Shown here: positions 23,382-37,327 of the stretch, piece by piece | Position numbering within the stretch: the first letter of the stretch is position 1 | Layout: each line of letters begins with the position of its first letter | From: Macrostomum hystrix | Taxonomy: Eukaryota; Animalia; Platyhelminthes | DNA length: 64,000 nt | Assembly: GCA_950097015.1 (NCBI GenBank) | Contig: CATNEN010000001.1 | Location: forward strand, 1,860,001-1,924,000 | Direction: 5' to 3' | Program-made: the position numbers and the translations under genes | Notes under the pieces: model-generated | Told to the model about the DNA's origin: nothing | The model's database searches: none | Seen by the model: only the letters and a program-made list of their open reading frames with translations

Positions 23382-24201
23382 TGATTTGTCTAAATCTAGA
23401 ATCGAGTTCTGATTGGTCTAAATCTATTATCGAGTTCTGATTTGTCTAAATCTAGAATCGAGTTCTGATTGGTCTAAATCTAGAATCGAGTTCTGATTGG
23501 TCTAAATAGAGAGTCGAGTTCTGATTGGTCTAAATAAAGAATCGAGTTCTGAATGTACTAAATCTATTATTGAGTTCTGATTGGTCTAAATCTATTATTG
23601 AGTTCTGATTGGTCTAATTCTAGAACCAAGTTCTGATTGGTCTAGTTCTAGAATCGAGTTCTGATTGGTCTAAATCTAGAATCGAGTTCTGATTGGTCTA
23701 AATCTAGAATCGAGTTCTGATTGGTCTAAATCTAGAATCGAGTTCTGATTGGTCTAAATCTAGAATCGAGTTCTGATTGGTCTAAATAGAGAGTCGAGTT
23801 CTGATTGGTCTAAATAAAGAATCGAGTTCTGAATGTACTAAATCTATTATCGAGTTCTGATTGGTCTAATTCTAGAACCAAGTTCTGATTGGTCTAGTTC
23901 TAGAATCGAGTTCTGATTGGTCTAAATCTATTATTGAGTTCTGATTGGTCTAAATCTATTATCGAATTTTGATTGGTCTAAATCTATTATCGAGTTCTGA
24001 TTGGTCTAAATCTATTATTGAGTTCTGATTGGTCTAAATCTATTATTGAGTTCTGATTGGTCTAAATCTATTATTGAGTTCTGATTGGTCTAAATCTATT
24101 ATTGAGTTCTGATTGGTCTAAATCTATTATCGAATTTTGATTGGTCTAAATCTATTATTGAGTTCTGATTGGTCTAAATCTATAATGGAGTTTATGATTG
24201 G
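23382..24201. repeat. Minisatellite, 28-bp unit GAGTTCTGATTGGTCTAAATCTAGAATC (and CTATTATT variant)
   Basis: Directly visible, downstream of the UBASH3 stop. Confidence 0.95.
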
Positions 24202-25785
24202 CCGAAATACCGAGTCCACTTCCCATCGGCTCAGCTGGCTAAAAATCGCAGAAAAGAATAAGTTTTAACTGATTTATAAACCCCATATATTTGTTCTTTT
24301 TCCTGTATAACCCTTACACTCAGAGCAAGATTGCCGTCAGAGCTAAGCCAAGCATATCAATATTCTGCTAACTAGACTAATATAATCTTATATTATTACA
24401 GTTTAGGATTTCTGCCATTTTTAAAGGACCGTATTTGAACTAGGTCAAATATGTGAATACTTTTACACTACTTAAAGCAGAGTAATTTCATAAACTAAAT
24501 TAACTTTGTTTATTTCGATTCTATCTACCGTTTAGTGCGAATTTTATATTGTCGCGTATCAGGCAAATTGAGCTTTTCCTACAAAGTGCTGCTGCTTTAG
24601 TCTTGTTTTTTGTACTTCTTTGGATATTAGTCATGTTTAATATGCTTTCTACAGATTTTTGTGAATGATTTTAGACAAAATTTTTGTAGCATATAATTTT
24701 GACTAAATTTGCTGGTCATCCCGTGCGTCGTCTAATTAACCAGGTAACAAACAAGTGCTTTGTTTTTTCTGTGTTTCTTACTAAAGAAAATATTTGTTTC
24801 ACTTTGTTCTGCCATGAAACCAACCGTGTGCTAAGTAGCAAAAATTCGCGTCATCATAAATTTTTCTTCTTGTAGCTTTTCAACACTCAGTTGCGACCTA
24901 CTGTTCATTGATAAGACCAGTTTTAGTTTAAATTGTACAGTTGAATGTACATCAGCCACTGTTGCGTGAGGTGGGTGTATAAATCGATTAGTTTAAAAAT
25001 AGAGTGCTACAAATATCTTAGCACGCGCCAGGTGCGTGAACAATAATTATATGTACAGTTCTCCGCTTAAAATGAGGGTAATTTCTTAAGCTAAACAAAG
25101 TTGAAAAGGAAACATCCGAATTTTGTCATTTCATTTTTGTATTGTACGTACGTGGTTCGTATTTTATGTGCGCATTGCTTTTCAGCATTTTCTGCCCATT
25201 ATAGCTCGTAAATTAACAAAAGCATTGTCTAAACACCTACGCCATTAGATTTCATGTTTGCTAATCGCCTTCGACTCTTACGACTGTGGCAAGTCCAGAT
25301 TTTACACTTCGCTGATTTGTTAAAGGAACTTGGTTTTCCCTAGGATATTATCTCAATGATTGCTTTACTTCTACTGTAAGTACTCACTGTAGCTAAATAT
25401 GTTTTGTAGACAAACAATCATTGAGCAATGGTACCTTTTTCATGCGTTTGTACCTACTAGTAGTAGTAAGAATTGCACCATCTATAAAAAAATTAGAGAA
25501 CTTTTGTAATACTAATTATAATGCTTATTTTCGGCACACAGTGTTTATTACTGCATAAATTAATCTTAAAGATGAAAAGCTAGAAATTATCAATGAATTT
25601 GTCTTTTTATATGCTCTTATACGTCGTATTCTATTCTGCGACTTAAAAATAGATTCCTGCAAAGTTTTAACTAATTTAGGCCATAATTTTTTGTACTTGT
25701 TTAGTACCAATTTACAGTTTACAGTAAAAATATCTTGTTTTTTAGAATAATTAAAGGCAATTAGACTAAATCATCAATTAACAGA

Positions 25786-28163
25786 ACTATTGACACACAC
25801 TGATGAACCTTCAGTGCAACTATTGACACACACTGATGAACCTTCAGTGTAACTATTGATACACACTGATGAACCTTCAGTGCAACTATTGACACACACT
25901 GATGAACCTTCAGTGCAACTATTGACACACACTGATGAACCTTCAGTGCAACTATTGACACACACAGTGTAACTATTGACACACACTGATAAACCTTCAG
26001 TGTAACTATTGACACACACTGATAAACCTTCAGTGCAACTATTGACACACACGATGAACCTTCACTGTAACTATTGACGCACACTGATGAACCTTCAGTG
26101 CAACTATTGACGCACACTGATGAACCTTCAGTGTAACTATTGACGCACACTGATGAACCTTCAGTGCAACTATTGACGCACACTGATGAACCTTCAGTGT
26201 AACTAATTGACACACACTGATGAACCTTCTGTGTAACTAATTGACACACACTGATGAACCTTCAGTGTAACTATTGACGCACACTGATGAACCTTCAGTG
26301 CAACTATTGACGCACACTGATGAACCTTCAGTGTAACTAATTGACACACACTGATGAACCTTCAATGTAACTATTGACACACACTGATGAACCTTCAGTG
26401 CAACTATTGACGCACACTGATAAACCTTCAGTGCAACTATTGACACACACTGATGAACCTTCAGTGCAACTATTGACGCACACTGATGAACCTTCAGTGC
26501 AACTATTGACGCACACTGATGAACCTTCAGTGTAACTAATTGACACACACTGATGAACCTTCAATGCAACTATTGACACACACTGATGAACCTTCAGTGC
26601 AACTATTGACACACACTGATGAACCTTCAGTGTAACTATTGACACACACTGATAAACCTTCAGTGTAACTATTGACACACACTGATAAACCTTCAGTGCA
26701 ACTATTGACACACGCGATGAACCTTCACTGTAACTATTGACGCACACTGATGAACCTTCAGTGTAACTATTGACGCACACTGATGAACCTTCAGTGTAAC
26801 TATTGACACACACTGATGAACCTTCAGTGTAACTAATTGACACACACTGATAAACCTTCAGTGTAACTATTGACACACACTGATGAACCTTCAGTGTAAC
26901 TATTGACACACACTGATGAACTTTCAGTGTAACTATTGACACACACTGATGAACCTTCACTGTAACTATTGACGCACACTGATGAACCTTCAGTGCAACT
27001 ATTGACGCACACTGATGAACCTTCACTGTAACTATTGACGCACACTGATGAACCATCAATGCAACTATTGACACACACTGATGAACCTTCAGTGTAACTA
27101 TTGACACACACTGATGAACCTTCAGTGTAACTATTGACGCACACTGATGAACCTTCAGTGCAACTATTGACGCACACTGATGAACCTTCACTGTAACTAT
27201 TGACGCACACTGATGAACCTTCAGTGCAACTATTGACGCACACTGATGAACCTTCAGTGTAACTATTGACGCACACTGATGAACCTTCAGTGCAACTATT
27301 GACGCACACTGATGAACCTTCACTGTAACTATTGACGCACACTGATGAACCATCAATGCAACTATTGACACACACTGATGAACCTTCAGTGTAACTATTG
27401 ACACACACTGATGAACCTTCAGTGCAACTATATACACACACTGATGAACCATCAATGCAACTATTGACACACACTGATGAACCTTCAGTGTAACTATTGA
27501 CACACACTGATGAACCTTCAGTGCAACTATTGACGCACACTGATGAACCTTCAGTGCAACTATTGACGCACACTGATGAACCTTCACTGTAACTATTGAC
27601 GCACACTGATGAACCATCAATGCAACTATTGACACACACTGATGAACCTTCAGTGTAACTATTGACGCACACTGATGAACCTTCAGTGCAACTATTGACG
27701 CACACTGATGAACCTTCACTGTAACTATTGACGCACACTGATGAACCATCAATGCAACTATTGACACACACTGATGAACCTTCAGTGTAACTATTGACAC
27801 ACACTGATGAACCTTCAGTGCAACTATTGACACACACTGATGAACCATCAATGCAACTATTGACACACACTGATGAACCTTCAGTGTAACTATTGACACA
27901 CACTGATGAACCTTCAGTGTAACTATTGACACACACTGATGAACCTTCAGTGCAACTATTGACACACACTGATGAACCTTCAGTGTAACTATTGACACAC
28001 ACTGATGAACCTTCAGTGCAACTATTGACACACACTGATGAACCTTCAGTGCAACTATTGACACACACTGATGAACCTTCAGTGCAACTATTGACACACA
28101 CTGATGAACCTTCAGTGTAACTATTGACACACACTGATAAACCTTCAGTGTAACTACTGACAC
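25786..28163. repeat. Large minisatellite, 33-bp unit CACACTGATGAACCTTCAGTG(T/C)AACTATTGACA, ~70 copies
   Basis: Directly visible; gives 11-aa-repeat spurious ORFs on the minus strand. Confidence 0.97.
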
Positions 28164-28676
28164 AAGTACACATGCACATGGTACATGGCACATAATTGCA
28201 CATTTGGCATTTTAGACAAAGAATTATAAAACATTATTTAAAAATTATTCAGAGTTTTTATGAGCTTTGGTGTGTGTTTTTTGCTACATTTTTGGAGCAA
28301 AAGAGCTTAACTTTCTAGAAGTACTGAAAGCGCACAGTTCTTCTGAATCTAGGCTTGAACTTTTATCAGTTTCGGGATTGGGCCAGATGACCTTGTTTAC
28401 ATCCTACGTCAGCAACGGTCTGCTAGCTGAGTTTGCGCCGGCCAAATTCTTAAAGTGCATCCCAAACAGCCGAAGCCGTGTTTACACCGGTCCAGCACGT
28501 AACTTCCAATTCCTCGGTTAGGAATGGCATGGGGCCTTCAAAAGCGTACTGCTACACTTTTCTACACACACGATATCATTGGAAATTGACAGTTTCTTGT
28601 GCGTTTTTTGTTTTTATTTAAACACTTTAGAGAATGCCAGATTTAAATTCTGTACTGTACTATTATATTCTGTACA

Positions 28677-29771
28677 CATTCTGATAGATTAGATTCTGTA
28701 CGGTCATACACATTCTGGTAGATTAGATTCCGTACGGTCATACACATTCTGGTAGATTATATTCCGTACGGTCATACACATTCACATTCACATTCTAGTA
28801 GATTAGATTCTGTACGGTCATACACATTCTGGTAGATTAGATTCTGTACGGTCATACACATTCTAGTAGATTAGATTCCGTACGGTCATACACATTCCAG
28901 TATATTAGATTCCGTACGGTCATGCACATTCCAGTAGATTAGATTCCGTACGGTCATACACATTCTAGTAGATTAGATTCTGTACGGTCATACACATTCT
29001 GGTAGATTAGATTCTGTACGGTCATACACATTCTGGTAGATTAGATTCCGTACGGTCATACACATTCTGGTAGATTAGATTCTGTACGGTCATACACATT
29101 CTGGTAGATTAGATTCCGTACGGTCATACACATTCTGGTAGATTAGATTCTGTACGGTCATACACATTCTGGTAGATTAGATTCCGTACGGTCATACACA
29201 TTCTGGTAGATTAGATTCCGTACGGTCATACACATCCTGGTAGATTAGAGTCCGTACGGTCATACACATTCTGGTAGATTAGAGTCCGTACGGTCATACA
29301 CATTCTGGTAGATTAGATTCCGTACGGTCATACACATTCTGGTAGATTAGATTCTGTACGGTCATACACATTCTGGTAGATTAGATTCCGTACGGTCATA
29401 CACATTCTGGTAGATTAGATTCCGTACGGTCATACACATCCTGGTAGATTAGAGTCCGTACGGTCATACACATTCTGGTAGATTAGAGTCCGTACGGTCA
29501 TACACATTCTGGTAGATTAGATTCTGTACGGTCATACACATTCTGGTAGATTAGGTTCTGCACGGTCATACACATTCACATTCTAGTAGATTAGATTATG
29601 TACAGTCACCTACATTCTGGTAGATTAGATTATGTACAGTCACCTACATTCTGGTAGATTAGATTATGTACAGTCACCTACATTCTGGTAGATTAGATTA
29701 TGTACAGTCACCTTCATTCTGGTAGATTAGATTATGTACAGTCACCTACATTCTGGTAGATTAGGTTATGT
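28677..29771. repeat. Minisatellite, 34-bp unit TAGATTAGATTC(T/C)GTACGGTCATACACATTCTGG
   Basis: Directly visible. Confidence 0.96.
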
Positions 29772-31480
29772 ATACAGTTCCAGACTATCGGTAGACAAGA
29801 TTTTGTTATAAAAAGTCTCGATTTGATAAATTTAAACTACGCAAATATAGACTTCGCGCTTTTATGTGAACCGGTCAAATCTAGTTTGATTTGAACGCAC
29901 AATAAGCAAAAAAACACTGCAGAACGATCCTCTATAATATATGTATCATCCTTCACTAAATTTAGCATTCGAAGTGACGCAGACCGGTGTTTACAACCTT
30001 TAATTACAACCAGTCAGACTTAGAGTGCAGATAGTTAACCTAAAGTTTGTTTCCCTCGCCCTCTCTATCATTATTGGTCGTTGCGTCAAGCCATTTTCTT
30101 CGATTCAACCAATAGCCGGGATGGGCGAAAACGTAGAAAAAAAAGTTTCTTTCTTGACCTTCATTGTAATTTTTACTAGCAATCAAGTTGATCCTTCTTA
30201 AGTTCTTATTATTAAAAAAATTGTTTGCTTTATTTGATACTCCGAATGGGGTATTGATGACACTTAAAGGAGGTATTGATGACTCTGAATGAGGTATTGA
30301 TGATACTGATGGAGGGATTTCTGCATGATGGCCTCAATAAAAAATCAAATTCGATAATTTTTTGTCGATTTAGTAGAAAAAACTACAATAGGACAAAAAA
30401 AACTTGTCATTATATTTTTGCGCGAAAGAGTTTCAAATACGAGTCGTATTGTTCAAAGTATTTAATTATTTAAAAAAATTCATTTTAACGAAGAAGATTA
30501 TGAGAAGCTTCTTTTCTAACAAGAAGCGACAACCAAACAAGGACTTTAACAGCAGTACGAGATATTACAAAAAAAACTGAAGAGACAGCGCAAAAAAGTT
30601 TAGTAACAAAGATTCTAAGCCATATTTTGCTTGATTATTTACAGGCAAGTTTTGATTATCTAGCAATAATAATTTATTCGGCTGAAACCTGAAAGTGCAC
30701 ATGTACTCGCATGCAAATATGTATCATATAGCGATATAGATTCTAAGAAAAACATTACGTAAAAAATATTAACTGTTAAATATGAATTTCAAACATGTTT
30801 TGCCACACTAAATCAACAGAATTTTATCGCGGGATTGTTAGTTTTCCACGAAAAGTGAACGTGCGCGAGTTTAAACAAAAACATTTCCGTTTAAAATGTC
30901 ACTCCTTGTCCATGCGAATTATTTAATTGACAACACAACAAATGAATGGAACCAAAGGTTCCACGACCTTAAAAGTCAGTGGGGTTTGTAGGCAAGTTAG
31001 TCTATCTCTGAAGTGCACTGCGAGCGAATCAACACGAAAGCAAAAGCTATCTTTGCGCGCTATAGGCGCTGCTGAAATTGTAAGGACGAACCAAACACGG
31101 CGTCCGAAGTTATAGACGCAACAATTGGACCAAATTTTCGTTATTTTAAATTCGACCTCTAGCGGTCCAAGCTTCCCCGTCCTCCTCCGCGTCTGCTAAA
31201 AGTACAAGTAAACAGGACCTGCTTGGCTTTGGAACTTGAACTGCATCGGGGCGGATGGGGTGGGCGAATTGCACCCTAGCGAAGAGGCTGTAAAGAAACT
31301 GCGTATTTTTCTGGCAGATTTACCTGGGTCTGCTTTTTTCTTGTTGTTCACATTTTTTGACGAAAAAGCTGAATGTATATTAATAACAAAATTTTAATTA
31401 TATTCTTAATAACATAATACAATTTTTAATATATATATTATTTATTTTGTAATTGTAATAACATTAAAGATGTAAATATA

Positions 31481-32639
31481 CGAGGGGTGTCCAAAAAGTG
31501 AGGGGGAATTTTCTACATAGCTCATAATCGGATTCAGACACAATAAATTCTTATACGTTTTATGAAAGCGGATTTTTGTATCTCTGTAATACTTTTTTAA
31601 TTTTGCTTTTATCTTCTGGCATTCAAAAGTTATGAACAATTTAGTGCAGTTCCCAGGGTACAACTTTCAGAAACTTTAACAAGTAGTCATTACGACGAAA
31701 CATGACAACAAACTATCAGTCGTAATCCCATTGAAGTTCGTCATAACGTCAACTCAAATGTCCTTTTCATCAGGGATGGAGACCTTCTCCACCTAGTCGC
31801 CTTTGCAGCTGATGCACTTCTCCCAGCGAGTGCGCAAGGAATCAATTGCATGAGCGTATTGCTCCTTGGGAATCGCAAAAACAAGGATGCGCCGAACCTC
31901 TTCTTCAAGGCAGTGACGATTCGCGTAGACTTTGCCTCGAAGCAGCTCCTTCAGTCTCGGAAAAAGACAAAAGTCTGCTGGCGCCAAGTCAGGGGAGTGG
32001 GGTGGGTGAGGCAGGAGTTCAAACTTCATGCCCTGAATTGCCCCCACTGTCTTTGAAGCCGTGTCGACGAGCCTTGATTGGAAGATCAGAGCCCTTTATT
32101 GCCCAAACTTTTGACTCTTCTTTTGTTGGGGGGTCGAAGTGAGGCAGCCAGGTCTCATCACCCGTGACAATGAGCTGTCGAAAGGCCTTCCATCTTTCGA
32201 GTGGATGTCCGACATGTTTGCACAATCTTCGGATGCTTCAAATGCGCAAGTTGACAAATGCTTGGCCGAGCTGGCTTGCATCTAAAGCTTGAGACTGACT
32301 GGCTTTGGTGATGCTTGCATGAGCATAGTTCTCATGTTGAGCCCATAGACATGCTCAAGAATTTCTGTAGGCATCATCGCATAAACTTAATGCAGAAAAA
32401 GTACAAAGCAAAACTTTCTTCATTGAAAGCCTTCAAAATGTCATGTTCTGTAAGTCGTACCCCTGGGGAACTGTACTAAATAGCTCATAACTTTTGAATG
32501 TCAGAAGACATTTACAAAATATAAAAAAATATTGCATAGATCATTAAATCCGCTTTCAAGAGAAGTTAACGAAATTAATGTATCTGAATCCAACTATGAG
32601 CTACGTTGAAAATTCCCACTACTTTTTGGACACCCCTCA
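31481..32639 (-). mobile_element. Tc1/mariner DNA transposon, internally deleted, with long (~190-bp) imperfect TIRs and TA flanks
   Basis: Left end TA|CGAGGGGTGTCCAAAAAGT; right end ACTTTTTGGACACCCCTCA|TA. Inverted similarity continues to ~31670/32446. Transposase fragments LIVTGDETWLPHFDPPTKEESKVW and LLPHPPHSPDLAPADFCLFPRLKELLRGK…LRTRWEKCISCKGD lie in different frames. Confidence 0.93.
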
Positions 32640-33283
32640 TATATTGGGATATCTTGTAAATAACTATTTTTGTCTAGCTCATAGATCCTACAACCAGGGT
32701 TATAGGATTTTAGGATTAGGACTTTTGGATTTCGGATTTTATGATTTTTTTTATGATTTTAGGATGTTTTAGGATCCGTGGTCTGGCCTGGCCATGGACT
32801 TCTCAAGCTAGCATCTGGACCGGAAAGCAATTTTTTCTCGATTTTTTCTACAAAATAATTAGGAAGGCCATGGTTTGCCAGCCCTATACTGAGTCATTTT
32901 TACGTGAACTTCACCCACCCTGTTTAAAACATAGAAGACATCTGTCATTCTGTCTCCAACAAACCTCAAGCCCCCATGCGTACGAGCCTGCAGTCCAGAT
33001 GCTTGCTAGAGAAGTCCACATGGGTCTAGCTAAAGTTAAATGGCGCAACATTTTCGAGATTCGATTCGTGTAGACAAAATACTCGCACTGATAGAAAACA
33101 AAAGACATTGACGGGCATTAGCTACATTTTCGTAATTCATCTTGGATGATCTCGCAAACAATAAAAGAGTTCGGTAGTAAGTAAGTGCTTGTCCGACAAA
33201 CAGACAAACAAACAAACAAACAAACAAACCTTTGTTGTCCTTGAAGATTAAACTTGCAAAAAATGATGCGTCTATCAAGCTGA

Positions 33284-34466
33284 TCAATCGCTGCCCGAGT
33301 AGATCTCTGAGAACAGAGGCGTCGGACTCTGTTCGCCCAGTCCGTTGAACAGCGACTGCAGCGAGTTGTCGAAGGTTTTAGACCATTCGAACAGAATAGC
33401 CAGCTCGCGCAGCTTCTCCTGCCAGCGGTCGGCGAATTCGTCGGCGAATGCGCGTCGGAGACATGCAGAAACTCGAACAAACAGACGACGACAGATTTCG
33501 GCTAGGATCTGCTGCTGCTGATCAGAGCTACTGTCGCACTCCGATAGGTCCAGCAGTTTGAGCAGAGAGTACAAGCCAATGAGGGTCGGTCGAGATTCGA
33601 CCACGCGTTGCAAATAGGCAAAGTATCGGTCGTTAACTGTCACAGCTGACAGGCCGGGTGCAAACGATCTGTCCAACTGGCTGATAGATTTGTTAGGATC
33701 AACGCTGTACAGATTGCCGGCTATGCTCACCTGTGAGTTTGCAGCAATTTAAGAAGAATCTTCTTTTCATGTCGATCAAAGTTAAAGTACTATCAAAGGT
33801 CCCCAAAAATATTGATAGAATGAAAATATGTTCTATTCCTTATAGAAAGCTTTACAGTAAAATACGACTGTTTTAGATAGCTTATGACTATATTAAATAT
33901 ATTCACCTGTAGTTGTCCGCTGCTACCAGGCACAATCTTGGTGCTGAACATTGGCACCAGCATTGAGTGCAGTCTCAGTTTGACTAGTCGAACGCTGAGC
34001 TCTTGACGCCATTCGGGCACCGCGTCTAAAACCAGCTTCGATTCGAAGAACAATCGGCAGAATCTAATGACGGGCTGCATGAAGATCTCCAATTGGTAGA
34101 TCATCTCTTGCCAACTATCGAGTCTTTCGCCGAGTCCCCGCCGTAGGTCGTGACTAAGGTCAAAGGGCACTTGAAGGTCAACGTCGACGCACTCGGTGAC
34201 CCAGCCGGCCACTTGGCTGATGAATTCGGCCTCTTCGTCGCGTCGTTGCGTTGACTCAGCTGTGGCGCCGCTGCAACTAAAGCTGACATTCGGACAGCGC
34301 TGGTTATGGTTGTGGTCGCTGCCCAGCTCAACGACTTCGGAGTCGCCACCGCTTCCGCCACCGCTGCCGTCGCCACCGGCGGCGCTGATGCCACCGTCGC
34401 AGCAATCGACTATTTGGGCGATAGTTTCACGCCAGTTAAGAGCTGCAACAGCTTGGGGCACCTCAG

Positions 34467-34516
<50 letters not shown>

Positions 34517-35093
34517 TCTGCATCCCAAGATTTCGCAGAGTTGTTGGAAGCCAAGCTGAGCCGGCATGATTGAAAATGTGAGGTAAATTGTAGCGGGCTG
34601 TGAGACGGTTCCATGAGATTAAATCCAGCGCAAATCATTCGACAGACAATTTAGAAAAGAAAACTTACTTGATGCCGCTGTCTCCGCTGAGCATGTTGCT
34701 GTTGCTGTCACCGCTGCACTCGCTGTTTTCAAGGGCCGCAGCCGCAGCTTCAGGCGACTCGATGGAATCCTCGGATAGCACGGATGTAGGCGAAAGAAGC
34801 ACCATCTGCAGCTGCATGCCAACGGCCACGCACTTCTCAAATCGACAAGCTCGACAATCGCGTCGGTTGGCAACGGTTATTGAGCAGTTTCCGTCCCTGC
34901 GACAGTTCTCAAACTGACGATTGGCATTCCTACGAAAGAAGGCCTTGCAAGATTCGCAGCAGATCTGGCCAAAATTAAACGTGACTGCCAAGTCTCCGCA
35001 CACTCTACAGAAGCGTTGGCCTTCGTTTGGTGATCTGGCATGACGCTTGCGCTTCTGCGGCTGCGGCTGTGGCTGCGGTTGTTGCTCAGACAT
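33284..35093 (-). CDS. HR96: Nuclear hormone receptor, NR1J/HR96 (DAF-12/HR96)-like, with polyQ hinge
   Basis: C4 zinc fingers CRVCGD…CCESCKAFFRRNA…C…C…CRACRFEKCVAVGM with the NR1J-type P-box CESCKA. Exons 35093-34669, 34555 (or 34597)-33907 and 33730-33284. AF-2-like C-terminus PTPLFSEIY. Confidence 0.85.
34467..34513 (-). repeat. Coding (CAG)n tract encoding polyglutamine in the receptor hinge
   Basis: (CTG)n on the plus strand within exon 2. Confidence 0.9.
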
Positions 35094-36771
35094 GTCGCTT
35101 TTTTGTAATGTTCCGGACGTAAAGCTTGAATATTTAGAACTCAATTCGTTTTCTGCGCACCCGACAAAACTCAGGAAAGGCGATTTGCTAATCGTTCACT
35201 CTTATGGTTTTTATAAGAGGAAGAAAGAGATCGGTTAGACACTTTGCCGATTGAATGCGGGCCTGTAGCAGCCAATAAAATAACGAAGAAAATTATAGAG
35301 TTCAAACCAAAGCTAGCAGATCGGTATGGGCAAATAACGACGATATCCAATAACAGTGTGGCGGTCTAGAAATAAAGAGATTATTGGTTGCAATTAAAAT
35401 TGTACATTCGACAGACTAACTAAAAATGCAACTGGCCAAAACAACGTAGTACGTACATTATTTTTAATGTGGTTCAGGCTATAGCAATCAAAATAAGAGC
35501 AAACGCCAAGTACACGCTTGAAGTGCAAGTTCTGTCATAGTTAGAGAACGAACAAAATATAAACATTGACTTTGTTTTCTCATTTGACCCGAAGCCATGT
35601 GCTTATATAAAAACTTAGTAATTTAATTTACAGGTACAAACTGGCTGGTTAGGAAACTCAGATTACTACAGAGATATAAGCTCGTAATCAGCAGCTAGCA
35701 TTTGAAAACTAGTTATATAGCTGTCATAAGACTTTTGACGGATATAGGTGTCAGGAGTTGATCGAAACTCAGCTCAAACGAAATTTAATATGTGCGTCAT
35801 TCAGCAAGACATTCAATTTCTTCCTGCTTGATGTATTCATCCAGCTGTAGCTGGTACACCACTGTACGAGTAGCGCGTATAGCATCAGCAAATAATGTTT
35901 TAATAAAAATTGAATGTAAGTGTGTTGCGGCGGTTTTACGACGGGAACGGGTTTAATTTATTGACCGATACCGCGGTCAAAATGGAAAATGGCAAGCTAT
36001 TTTAAATGACTGCATCATGCGTCCTGAATGTACACTTAATTCATCAAATGACTGTTTTTCGAACTTCGACATAAAGGATTTTAATTATTTTATTACGCAA
36101 GTGCTTCTTGCTTCGAATCCCGAACTTCTCAGACCGATTATTTCTGTGGTTGAAATTCAAACCTAATAGTTATGTGGTGAATACGTCAGTGAATGTTGAT
36201 ATTTGACGCATTGCTGCTTTGCTGCTTACTCTTGTTTTGCACTGAAGAATCTAAATATAAAGTGGTAGAACTCATTTCGACGGTCGAATTTTCTAAGCAT
36301 TTAATAAGCAAACAAAAGCAAAATCGTCTGAGGATTAAATGTTTTGTCCAGTTTGAAATATAAGGTTGATATAATTCGCAGTTGGTTTTCTTTTCAAAAT
36401 AATAAAAAAACTGATGCGACCCACCCGCGCGGTGATTCATTCGTTAGTGTTAGCGCTGATGTACTTGTGTACATTTATCTATACAACACAGAAGATCAAA
36501 CACTTGGTAGTTGTTTATATGATAGACCGAGCTTTGTTCGTTAAATAGGCCTAATTTATTATATCTGTTTAAAGTGTACAAATTTGTATTTATAAATGCA
36601 ATGAGTCTAGATAGAAGTTGTTGTTGACCTAACACAGCAGCACCGATTAGCATTTGTTGATAAGCAGACTGAATCCATTTGACATTATTATAGGTATAGC
36701 CCACATAGGGTCTGCAGTCACTGTCAGTGACTCACAACTCTCTATTATGCAATTTTAAACACTTACAAAAA

Positions 36772-37264
36772 GGCAGTGCTTATCCCCACGGTACCGTAGA
36801 AATAATTTTTGTCTTATTCCTACGGTACCGTGGGAATAATTTCCTGCTTATCCGCACGGCACACTGACGAGATAGCTGTCCTATCATCTATCTTTTTATC
36901 ATGACTGCAATTTTCCTTTTTTCTTCCGGTTTTTAAAAGCAAGTAAACAAATTAAAGTTTTCTGCTTTTTTCGCAAGTAGTTACCCAGTATGGTGGCTTT
37001 TTTAAGTATATAAAATATATATTTCTAATATTTATATATTCAAAAGAATACAACTGAAGTGTGTATTTTTCTAATCTTATAGCTCAAGCCTTCTAAGTCT
37101 ATAATCCAGTCTATTACTTTATTCTAGGCCAAGTTAAAATAGGTCCATAAAAAATGTCTGACAGTGCCAACGGAATATGTTAAAGATAGGACAGCTATCT
37201 CGTCAGTGTGCCGTGCGGATAAGCAGGAAATTATTCCCACGGTACCGTGGGGATAAGCACTGCC
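36772..37264. mobile_element. Non-autonomous TIR element (MITE), Mutator-like, with 10-bp TSD CTTACAAAAA
   Basis: Ends GGCAGTGCTTATCCCCACGGTACCGT… and …ACGGTACCGTGGGGATAAGCACTGCC, with ~80-bp TIRs (the left one has an internal duplication). CTTACAAAAA is present at 36762-36771 and 37265-37274. Confidence 0.9.
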
Positions 37265-37327
37265 CTTACAAAAAACACAAAGTCTCTCTTAATTTTGCTT
37301 GCAACTATCTCTAGTTGGTAGGCCTAA

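Noticed and set aside
25786-28163. Hammerhead-ribozyme resemblance of the unit (CTGATGA-AC…GT-GYAAC-TATT-GAC)
   Set aside because: GAAA and the UH cleavage site are absent and stem I cannot form. The unit is better explained as a simple hairpin, CACTGA…TCAGTG.
25761-28203. 618-, 456-aa and shorter Cys/Val/Ser-rich ORFs
   Set aside because: A 33-bp stop-free unit is open in two frames, with frameshifting indels and no unique coding flanks.
34101-34917. Antisense or alternative-frame ORFs over HR96 (poly-Cys/poly-Leu), and similar ones over SLC37A4, UBASH3 and KMT2C
   Set aside because: Shadow ORFs of GC-rich exons and the CAG tract.
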